Notes under the pieces: model-generated
What the model was told of the DNA's origin: nothing
The model's database searches: none
Seen by the model: the letters and a program-made list of their open reading frames with translations, nothing else
Origin: Chthonomonadales bacterium
Lineage (GTDB): Bacteria; Armatimonadota; Chthonomonadetes; Chthonomonadales; Chthonomonadaceae
DNA: 16,416 nt
Reading direction: 5' to 3'
Assembly (NCBI GenBank): GCA_038217285.1
Contig: JBBQPO010000133.1
Coordinates: forward strand, 1-16,416
Shown here: piece by piece, positions 7,403-14,694 of the stretch
How the letters are laid out: each line of letters starts with the position of its first letter
Numbering within the stretch: the stretch's first letter is position 1
Program-made: the position numbers and the translations under genes

Positions 7403-8209
7403 ATGCAACGCAACAAGGCGTTTACTCTTATCGAACTGCTAGTGGTCATTGCCATTATCGCTATTCTGGCCGCGATCTTATTCCCAGTGTTCGCCCAAGC
7501 ACGAGAGCGGGCACGCGCGATCTCCTGTATCTCCAATCTCAAGCAACTCGGCAATGCTACCGTGATGTATGTGCAGGACTACGACGAGTCCTTCCCCTGC
7601 GGGTGGGGTTCGAAAGACGGAGGACGCTCCATGTGGCGTATTTCCCTGCAGGCCTACATTCAAAAATACGGCAACAATAGCGGCGACCCGTACAACTCCA
7701 GCGGAAGCTATGGCGTTTTCGTCTGCCCGGATCAGCCCGGATCCAGCCTTAACTACGGCCCTACCAGTTACGGTTATAATGCTAACGGCAACCTCTGCGG
7801 ATGGAGCGACTCCGAAGCAGCCTTTCCCGGCACCAAACTCGCGTCTCTGAACAAACCGGCGCAGCTTGTGGCGTTCGCCGACGCCGCCGGTACTGCGACT
7901 AACTCCAAGCCCCTGGATCCCAATTATGAGGATGGATCGCCGTCGTGGACCGGATGCGGTACCGACAACGGCGGCCCCTATAAGTTCAATCCGGATGTCT
8001 GGAAAGAGGACTGGAGCGTCGATTGGGACTTTGGCGCACCGGGCGGTGAGGACTGGGGAAGCTGCCGCAACGGCGGGCGGCGCCCGATGCCCCGGCACTT
8101 CAAGAGCTACAATGCGGCCTTCGCGGACGGCCATGCGAAAGCGATGCGCGGCAGCTCTCTGAAAGCCAAACGACTGAGTGAGGAAGACTACCTCTGGAAT
8201 CACAACTGA
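7403..8209 (+). CDS. Prepilin-type N-terminal cleavage/methylation protein, DUF1559 family with C-terminal H-X9-DG motif
   Basis: [67 protein letters not shown]-terminal [15 protein letters not shown] (exact H-X9-DG). RBS AAAGGA at 7388-7393. Confidence 0.95.
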   Translation: MQRNKAFTLIELLVVIAIIAILAAILFPVFAQARERARAISCISNLKQLGNATVMYVQDYDESFPCGWGSKDGGRSMWRISLQAYIQKYGNNSGDPYNSSGSYGVFVCPDQPGSSLNYGPTSYGYNANGNLCGWSDSEAAFPGTKLASLNKPAQLVAFADAAGTATNSKPLDPNYEDGSPSWTGCGTDNGGPYKFNPDVWKEDWSVDWDFGAPGGEDWGSCRNGGRRPMPRHFKSYNAAFADGHAKAMRGSSLKAKRLSEEDYLWNHN

Positions 8210-8232
8210 TCTCCACAGGTGAGGCTGAATCC

Positions 8233-10446
8233 ATGCAAATCGGTAACGGGTCGGTTACGGCCGACCCGTCCCTCTCAAAATCGATTCCGCCACGCAAGCC
8301 TCTGCTGACCAGGAGACGACTCGTCTGGGGCGTCTTCCTGGTCTCTGCCGCAGGCGTGGCGCTGTGGGCCGCGCCCTCCAGCCCTATTCTACAGGAACGG
8401 CGCCTCTCACACGCTTCCCTGCCTGCGCTTGCGCGGGAAACCGGGAACAACCTCGGCCGGGTAAACGATGCCCGTCTGCTGTACTATCTCGGGCTGCGGC
8501 TCAACCAGCAGCAGCGATTTCAGGAGGCGGATCCTGTGCTGCGACGCGGCGTGGGGATCAGCCCGCACGAGCCACGCCTGCGCGACGAGTGGGCTCGCGC
8601 GCTCCTGGGCAGCGGACTGACAACGGCGGCTTTCGGTGAGCTTAGGGAGTTCGCAGGCACCCATCCCCAACTAGCTGAGGCGCATCTAATACTCGGCAAA
8701 TTCTATTTTACGGAGCGCTCGATGCAGCGCGCGAGCGAAGAGTTTACGCAGGTGATCCAGCGCGATCCTGTTAACGGCGAGGCCTGGGCCTTTCTGTCTG
8801 CGGCCGAGCAAAGCCTTGGTAACTCCGAGCGCGCCCGGCTGGCGGCCCAACAGGCCATCTCTTTTCGACCGAATGTGGCGGAAGATCATCTGCTCTACGC
8901 GACGCTGCTGGCCGAAGCCAACCAGCCTGACAGGGCGCGGGAGGAGTATGCCCGCGCGGTTACGCTGGCGCCCGGGCAGGCCCGCATGCACCGCGAATAT
9001 GCGCTCTGGCTTCTGGAGGCCGGCAAAGGGGAGGGCGACCTTCGTCTTGCTGAGGACGAAGCGCTTCGGGCGACGCGCCTGGACCCACAGGACGCGGCGG
9101 CTCAGCAGGCGCTTGGGAGCGCACTCTTGCGGCGCGGTCAAATTGAGGCCGCACGGGAACCCCTGACACTTGCGGCGACGCTGGCACCGGACGACCCTGT
9201 CGCCCCCGGCCTTCTGCGCCAGGTGTACGTGAAACTCGGTCGTCCGGAAGAGGCGCGGCAGTGGGACCGAACCGCTTCCAAACGACAGGCAGAAGCCGCC
9301 GAACGTCAGAATGTGTTTGAGGCGCTCCGTGCGAACCCGAAATCCGCCGTGCTGCTGACCCGTATGGCGCATCTGCTGGGCAAGCAGGGCGATGTCGCAG
9401 GCTGCATACATAGTCATGCCATGGCGCTGAGATGCGCGATCGATGCGCCGCCTGCTCTGATCGCGGCCGCCAACGACCTGACGGAGGGCGGTCACCCAAC
9501 AGAGGCGCTTCCCATGGCCCGCCGCGCGGTTAGTCTCAGTCCGGCGAATCCGGGGGCGCACGAAGCGCTTGGCAACGCGTTGCTCGGCCTGGGCCATGCG
9601 GATCTTGCCGGGCAGGAATACAATAAGACCGCGAGCTGGTGGCCTAAGGAGGCCCCTCTCATGCGCAAGAAGCTCCAGCGATTCCAGACTGAGAGAGCCG
9701 CGCGTCCGCCGGATTCGGAACTCGCATATCGCGAAGCGCGACGCCTGGAACATCAGAATTTCGGCCCGAAGCGTATGACACCCAATGTCGAGGCGTACGC
9801 CCTAAAGGCCGTCTCCCTGGAACCATCCAATCCGAATTACCTCTGGTATCTGTTCAGTATCCAGATGGCGCAACGGGAGAACGATGCCGCGATCTCTACG
9901 GCCCAGCACCTCCTCCGGCTTATGCCGAAAGACGCGCGCACCCATGCGATGTTGGCGCTGCTCCTGGTTGACAAAGCGTCTCGACCGCAGGAGTTTTCCG
10001 AGGTGGAGACTCATTTGAAAGCCGCTGAGGCCGATCCGGCTTCCGGCGCGACACGTCACTACGTTCTGGGCCTGCTCGCGTTACGGCGGCAGCAAGGGAG
10101 CGTTGCGGTGCAGGAACTTCGTAACGCGGCGCGACTGGACCCAAAGGCGGACGTGACTTTCTACAAGCTGGCCCAGGCCGAGCAGATGGCCGGGAACACC
10201 CAGGGCGCGACTATGGCCATGCACGCGTATCGCAAGCGCGAAGCCTCCAAACGCGCCGAAGCCGAAGCGCTCAGCGACATAGGACAGCACCCTGATAAAC
10301 CGGAAGTTTACGAGAAAGCCGCCGGGATTTTTGACGCTCACAAACAGCATGCGCAGGCACAGGCCATCCGCGCCGAAGCGCAGCGCCGTTTCAAGGATCC
10401 ATCGGTTCCTATCGTCGCGACAAAAGAGCCGGCTCTGACCCCCTGA
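8233..10446 (+). CDS. Membrane-anchored tetratricopeptide-repeat protein (737 aa)
   Basis: N-terminal basic stretch plus TM (RRRLVWGVFLVSAAGVALWAA). Many TPR-like units: AEAHLILGKFY, GEAWAFLS, AAAQQALGSALLRRGQ, PGAHEALGNALLGLG, RHYVLGLLALRRQ, VTFYKLAQAEQMAGN. GAGG upstream. Confidence 0.9.
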   Translation: MQIGNGSVTADPSLSKSIPPRKPLLTRRRLVWGVFLVSAAGVALWAAPSSPILQERRLSHASLPALARETGNNLGRVNDARLLYYLGLRLNQQQRFQEADPVLRRGVGISPHEPRLRDEWARALLGSGLTTAAFGELREFAGTHPQLAEAHLILGKFYFTERSMQRASEEFTQVIQRDPVNGEAWAFLSAAEQSLGNSERARLAAQQAISFRPNVAEDHLLYATLLAEANQPDRAREEYARAVTLAPGQARMHREYALWLLEAGKGEGDLRLAEDEALRATRLDPQDAAAQQALGSALLRRGQIEAAREPLTLAATLAPDDPVAPGLLRQVYVKLGRPEEARQWDRTASKRQAEAAERQNVFEALRANPKSAVLLTRMAHLLGKQGDVAGCIHSHAMALRCAIDAPPALIAAANDLTEGGHPTEALPMARRAVSLSPANPGAHEALGNALLGLGHADLAGQEYNKTASWWPKEAPLMRKKLQRFQTERAARPPDSELAYREARRLEHQNFGPKRMTPNVEAYALKAVSLEPSNPNYLWYLFSIQMAQRENDAAISTAQHLLRLMPKDARTHAMLALLLVDKASRPQEFSEVETHLKAAEADPASGATRHYVLGLLALRRQQGSVAVQELRNAARLDPKADVTFYKLAQAEQMAGNTQGATMAMHAYRKREASKRAEAEALSDIGQHPDKPEVYEKAAGIFDAHKQHAQAQAIRAEAQRRFKDPSVPIVATKEPALTP

Positions 10447-10520
10447 CATCGGTCGGTCGTCATCACCAACGCTCGATGAAATCAATGGATCGAGCGCACT
10501 CATCAAAGGAGATTATTTAC

Positions 10521-10811
10521 ATGAAGCAAAAAGTAGGTCCCGCAGCTATCGTGATAGGCGTCGTCATCCTCATCCTGGTGATGTTCGGGATGTATAAAGT
10601 GGCTTTTGCGCCTCAGAGCCCGGAGCCGAGTGCAGCCAACGCCCCCGCCTATGCCAAGCAGCGCGGGGTTACGCCCAATGGAGCCGGTCCGCCCGACTAT
10701 GCGAACACCTACAAAGAGGGTGCTCAGCATAACGGCGCTCCAGGCGGCATGGGCGGACCTTCCGGTGGACCCGCGCCCGGCGCGGGCGGATCGAGCGCGG
10801 GCGGCCAGTAG
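10521..10811 (+). CDS. Small single-pass membrane protein with Gly/Pro-rich tail (96 aa)
   Basis: ATG 10521 preceded by AAAGGAG (10505-10511). MKQKVGPAAIVIGVVILILVMFGMYKVAF TM followed by a low-complexity G/P/A tail. Stop is 6 nt before the next ATG. Confidence 0.8.
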   Translation: MKQKVGPAAIVIGVVILILVMFGMYKVAFAPQSPEPSAANAPAYAKQRGVTPNGAGPPDYANTYKEGAQHNGAPGGMGGPSGGPAPGAGGSSAGGQ

Positions 10812-10817
10812 TTCAAA

Positions 10818-12569
10818 ATGCGCCTGTCTCACTCCTCATTATGTGTCAGGGCGACCGGTCCGTTGTGTGTGTCGGTCGCCCTGTTCTTTGGCAGCCTCCT
10901 CTGGACAGGCTGCGGCCATCTCCCGAACGCCTCACAGCAAGCTCCAGCGACCATCCCTGTGCGCTTCGTGGATGTTGCTGACGAGGCGGGACTGCACTTT
11001 CAATGGCAGATCGCAGGTACGCGTCCCCTGAACATCCTGCAGACCATCGGGAACGGCTGCGCCTTCCTCGATTACAACAACGATGGCAATCTCGACATCC
11101 TGCTCGTAGGCCCGAAGTTGGCGCTCTATCAAGGGGATGGCAAAGGCCATTTCACGGACGTTACGCATGAGACCGGCCTGGACAAACTCGAGGGGCACTT
11201 CCTCGGGTGTGCGGTTGGTGACATCGACGGCGACGGCTACGACGATGTGTATATTAGTGGATACAGGACGGGTCTGCTGCTTCATAACGAATCTGCGCAC
11301 CGCACGATCCCCGCTGCCTCTCCTTCACTTCGGGTCTTTCGGGATATCACCCGCGAGGCAGGTCTCAAACCGCAGCCATGGGGAACCTCGTGCGCGTTCG
11401 CGGAAACGAGGCCTGGCTCTGGCTGCCTGGATCTCTATGTCGCAAACTATGCGGTATTCGGACCCCACACAGGGCCGCAGTTGTGCAAAGAAGGAACGAA
11501 CAACCTGATGACGTCGTGCGGGCCGAGATACTATACGCCAATCATGGGCGTGCTCTATCGGAACGACGGTAAGGGCCATTTCGTCGATGCCTCGAAGGCA
11601 AGCGGTGTCCATGCTGCGACGGGTCGTGGTCTGGGCATAGGTTTTGCGGATTTCGACGATTCCGGTAGGCCCGGTCTCGCGATTGCCGACGATGAGGCAG
11701 ACGGCGATCTGTTTCAGCCGACCAAAAATGCGCCGGGTAAGTACGCGAATATCGGGCTTCTATCGGGCACGGCGCGCGACCGCGACGGCAGTATCCACGG
11801 CGGAATGGGAGTCGACTGGGGCGATTACGACAACGATGGCAAGCTGGACCTCTTTGTCGCTACGTTCCAAAACGAATCTAAATCTCTCTATCATAACGAG
11901 GGAGACGGGCGTTTTACCGATCTGGGTATTCCAACTGGCCTGGGCGCGGCGACGGCGCCTTACGTCGCGTTCGGATGCAAGTTCCTGGATTACGACAACG
12001 ACGGCTGGCTTGACCTCGTCATCGCCAACGGCCATGTCCAGGACAATATTCAGAAGATCAATTCGGCATTTACGTATCGCCAGACGCCGCAACTGTTCCA
12101 TAACAACGGCAGTTCGCCGATCGCCTTTGAAGAGGTGAGCGGCAGCTCGGGTCCTGCTTTCAAGCAAGGCATCATCGGGCGAGGGCTGGCAATCGGCGAC
12201 TACGACAACGACGGCCATGTCGATATTCTGATCGTCGACTCGGAAGGCAAGCCGGTGCTTCTGCACAATCAGGTCACGCCGGTCGGCCACTGGCTGGGCC
12301 TCCGGCTGATCGGGGTCCAGAGCAATCGGGACGGGTACGGGGCAGTGTTGAGCGCCGAATTTGCGGGCCGCAGGCTGGTGCGACAGTGCCAGACCGGCGG
12401 ATCGTATCTGTCGGCTTCAGACCGACGCGTACATTTCGGTCTGGGCGCGGCGACTCAGGTAGAGAAGCTCACTGTGCGGTGGCCCTCCGGACACATCGAT
12501 ACTTATTCCAACCTGAACGCGGATCGCTACCTGACTATGCGCGAAGGCGACCCCCTCCCCCGGCCCTGA
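10818..12569 (+). CDS. CRTAC1-like FG-GAP (VCBS) beta-propeller protein with C-terminal ASPIC/UnbV domain, probable lipoprotein
   Basis: Lipobox-like LLWTGC; FVDVADEAGL; Ca-binding loops DYNNDGNLD, DIDGDGYDD, DYDNDGKLD, DYDNDGWLD and DYDNDGHVD; ASPIC/UnbV signature SNRDGYGA...GGSYLSASDRRVHFGLG...VRWPSG. Confidence 0.93.
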   Translation: MRLSHSSLCVRATGPLCVSVALFFGSLLWTGCGHLPNASQQAPATIPVRFVDVADEAGLHFQWQIAGTRPLNILQTIGNGCAFLDYNNDGNLDILLVGPKLALYQGDGKGHFTDVTHETGLDKLEGHFLGCAVGDIDGDGYDDVYISGYRTGLLLHNESAHRTIPAASPSLRVFRDITREAGLKPQPWGTSCAFAETRPGSGCLDLYVANYAVFGPHTGPQLCKEGTNNLMTSCGPRYYTPIMGVLYRNDGKGHFVDASKASGVHAATGRGLGIGFADFDDSGRPGLAIADDEADGDLFQPTKNAPGKYANIGLLSGTARDRDGSIHGGMGVDWGDYDNDGKLDLFVATFQNESKSLYHNEGDGRFTDLGIPTGLGAATAPYVAFGCKFLDYDNDGWLDLVIANGHVQDNIQKINSAFTYRQTPQLFHNNGSSPIAFEEVSGSSGPAFKQGIIGRGLAIGDYDNDGHVDILIVDSEGKPVLLHNQVTPVGHWLGLRLIGVQSNRDGYGAVLSAEFAGRRLVRQCQTGGSYLSASDRRVHFGLGAATQVEKLTVRWPSGHIDTYSNLNADRYLTMREGDPLPRP

Positions 12570-12599
12570 TTCTCTTCGCGGTCAGCCTTGCTCAGGTGT

Positions 12600-12657
12600 A
12601 AAAGAAAAAGCGCACCGATAGTCGCGTCTTCCCAGGAGGAGCGCGCGGTTCTATGCG
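12600..12657 (-). terminator. Possible intrinsic terminator between the convergent genes
   Basis: Imperfect GC-rich inverted repeat (cgcgtcttcc/ggaggagcgcg core) next to aaaagaaaaa, which reads as a U-tract on the minus strand. Confidence 0.3.
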
Positions 12658-12889
12658 ATCCTTGCAACTTGTCAGCGCATCTAAATTAGGAATTCTTGGC
12701 GGACGCCGGAGCGCAAACGCACCAGTTCGTGCATGGCAGCATGGTGCAGTCCGGCGGCAGAAATATTGCAGCAACATCAACCCACAGTTTTGGAGACGAC
12801 TGCACATTTTTGAATGTCCGGAGGCGCTGAGTCTGAGGGTCCGGTCAAAAAATAGTAGGCGGAGGTGCTTTGCCTTGCAGGTGACGAAG

Positions 12890-14356
12890 TTAGAGTCCGA
12901 CACGGAAGTCATACTTGAACGCTGCAAGAATGAATGCCTGGCTGCTTGCATTTCTGCGCCCGCCTTCGCCACCTAGGGAGAGGGAGAGCCACTGGTCCCT
13001 GGCGATGTTCAGTTCCGTACCCGCCGCCATACGGAAATAATCTTCTGCCCCCCGACGGTCGGGCCTCGCATGAATGAAGGAGCTTTCAATGTTGAAAATA
13101 GCGTCGGGACTCCCGATGCGCAGCCTGACTCCTGCCAGAAAGCTATTCTGTTGGTAAAAGGCTCCTTTGTTGGTGGGGTCGGCAACCTGTTCGCCCTGGC
13201 GATACCGAACATGAAAAATGAGTTGAGCGGTCTTTTCCAGGCCTGCTACCCCTTCAAAGCCATAGGCATACGACGTCCAGATCCCACCGCCGTTTCGCTG
13301 TAACTTGTGAGTGGATCCATCCGGACTAATCCAACTCGGCGCCCCCGCAAAAATCCAACTGGACCGATTCCAGGTAAGTTTTCGCAGTTGCGTCTGATAG
13401 ACCTGGGTCTCTTTGCCGACCAGAGCTTGTTGTTCGATTATCTGCTTGTTGAGCAGCGTATGCATCGCATCGTCTTCGGCTACCATCTGCTTCCATGTTT
13501 CCGCTCTCCGGGCCGAATCCATTTCCCTCCTCCTTAGCTCCACCAAATTCGCCCCGACAAAATCCTCCTCCGAAAGGTACGGACCCTGGGGTTTAAGTTT
13601 TAGTTCCAGAGCATAATCTTCGCGAATCCTGGCATCCAGAATATTTTTCTTAGGTCTGAAGCTATCGTCGAGGATAATGTTTTCATCCCTGAACTGCTTC
13701 GTCTTGACCGCTCTCTTCGTCGCTTGGAGGAGAGGATCAGGATCGCTTATCTGGTCCACCTGGCGGCGCTGAAAATCGAGGACGCCGAACTTATCTCCTT
13801 TCGCCTTCTGCTGCAGTTCGGTTAGTTTTCCCTGGACGACATCGAACTGTTCGTCGATGAAAAAGGTTCCCCTGGCGCTTCCCGGATAGAGGCGAGGATC
13901 CCCCTTATCAAAGAGAGTGCATTGAAAGCCCATGCCGATGCGGATCGACTTATCGGAATCGCTGACTCCCTTCGTCGCCGCAAATGAAACCTGTGTGTTC
14001 GACAAAAGGCGTAATCTGCGGGAGTTACGATACTGATCGAGGGTGATCCTGGCACCGACGAAGAGCGGATAGGGCGCCATATCGAAGGCAATGCCTGCCT
14101 GAAAATTTCCCTGGGGATCCACGCCGTTCAGGAGGGTAGTCGCAAAGGGACGAGGCGATGCAGGGCGGACCACGGTCTGAGGCGTCAGGCCCAGAATGGT
14201 GAACCCGGAAGATTCCGGCACAGACAGATCGAGCATCTCGTTTTGGGCCGCCTGCGCTTTTTTTAAGGTGGGGGCGGTCTGTTGCGCAGATACAGCAGCA
14301 CAGAGCCATAAGTGACTTGCAATCAGAAGACTGAGAACTCTGTTTCGTTTGAGCAT
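12890..14356 (-). CDS. Secreted hypothetical protein, probable outer-membrane beta-barrel-like protein with large helical insertion (488 aa)
   Basis: Sec signal peptide ending AVSA|QQ. N-terminal motif DLSVPESSGFTILGLTPQTVVRP. Alternating amphipathic strands (GGIWTSYAYG, AQLIFHVRYR, FLAGVRLRIG, FRMAAGTELN, QWLSLSLGG, FILAAFKYDF). Charged central region at aa ~156-328. GAGG upstream of the ATG. Confidence 0.8.
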   Translation of the reverse strand: MLKRNRVLSLLIASHLWLCAAVSAQQTAPTLKKAQAAQNEMLDLSVPESSGFTILGLTPQTVVRPASPRPFATTLLNGVDPQGNFQAGIAFDMAPYPLFVGARITLDQYRNSRRLRLLSNTQVSFAATKGVSDSDKSIRIGMGFQCTLFDKGDPRLYPGSARGTFFIDEQFDVVQGKLTELQQKAKGDKFGVLDFQRRQVDQISDPDPLLQATKRAVKTKQFRDENIILDDSFRPKKNILDARIREDYALELKLKPQGPYLSEEDFVGANLVELRRREMDSARRAETWKQMVAEDDAMHTLLNKQIIEQQALVGKETQVYQTQLRKLTWNRSSWIFAGAPSWISPDGSTHKLQRNGGGIWTSYAYGFEGVAGLEKTAQLIFHVRYRQGEQVADPTNKGAFYQQNSFLAGVRLRIGSPDAIFNIESSFIHARPDRRGAEDYFRMAAGTELNIARDQWLSLSLGGEGGRRNASSQAFILAAFKYDFRVGL

Positions 14357-14453
14357 GCGAACCTCACGGCAACCTTGATGACGAAGCCGTCAGAGTCAAA
14401 GTCGTCCGACCGGGAGAGTGTGGACAGGGCGGGATCGCATGCATGCACCTGAT

Positions 14454-14482
14454 ATTGTGGCGAGTTTACCGTGGCCTAGCAA
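14454..14482 (-). promoter_or_regulatory. Candidate sigma70 promoter for the 488-aa gene
   Basis: Minus strand TTGCTA (14482-14477), 17 nt, CACAAT (14459-14454), ~100 nt upstream of ATG 14356. Confidence 0.4.
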
Positions 14483-14621
14483 GGATTGACTTGTTAGGTG
14501 TCAGGGATACATCCGTCCCGCTGACGATGTCCGGTTAATTGGTCGGTTCGACAGGCAGAGTTGGCCCATTCGACAGAAGGATCGGTACGATCCGTACACG
14601 AGAAGCGGCCTACAGTTTACA

Positions 14622-14676
14622 CCGGAAGAGAAGGAGGCGGAACCGCCTCTCTCCGTTTTATGGGAGGGAGGCGGTT
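14622..14676 (-). terminator. Hairpin(s) downstream of glmS, probable terminator/3' stabiliser
   Basis: aaccgcctc (14641-14649) pairs with gaggcggtt (14668-14676). An alternative short hairpin, gaggcg-gttc-cgcctc (14649-14634), is followed by the pyrimidine run cttctcttcc on the minus strand. Confidence 0.5.
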
Positions 14677-14694
14677 GGCATTGGGGAGAGAGAG

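Noticed and set aside
8686-9753. 355-aa minus-strand ORF in the TPR gene; similar ORFs 7478..8203 and 14539..15498
   Set aside because: Antisense to well-supported genes, with no recognisable features.
11070-12215. Recurrent ga(t/c)tac(g/a)acaacga(t/c)ggc DNA motif (11070, 11823, 11988, 12198)
   Set aside because: Simply encodes the DYD/NNDG loops of FG-GAP blades; not a DGR template/variable repeat or CRISPR repeat.
12592-12976. ORFs 12592..12972 (-) and 12653..12976 (+) in the convergent intergenic region
   Set aside because: Overlap the end of the 488-aa gene, have atypical Cys/Arg-rich composition and no motifs. A GGAGGAG lies ~11 nt upstream of 12653, but this alone is insufficient.
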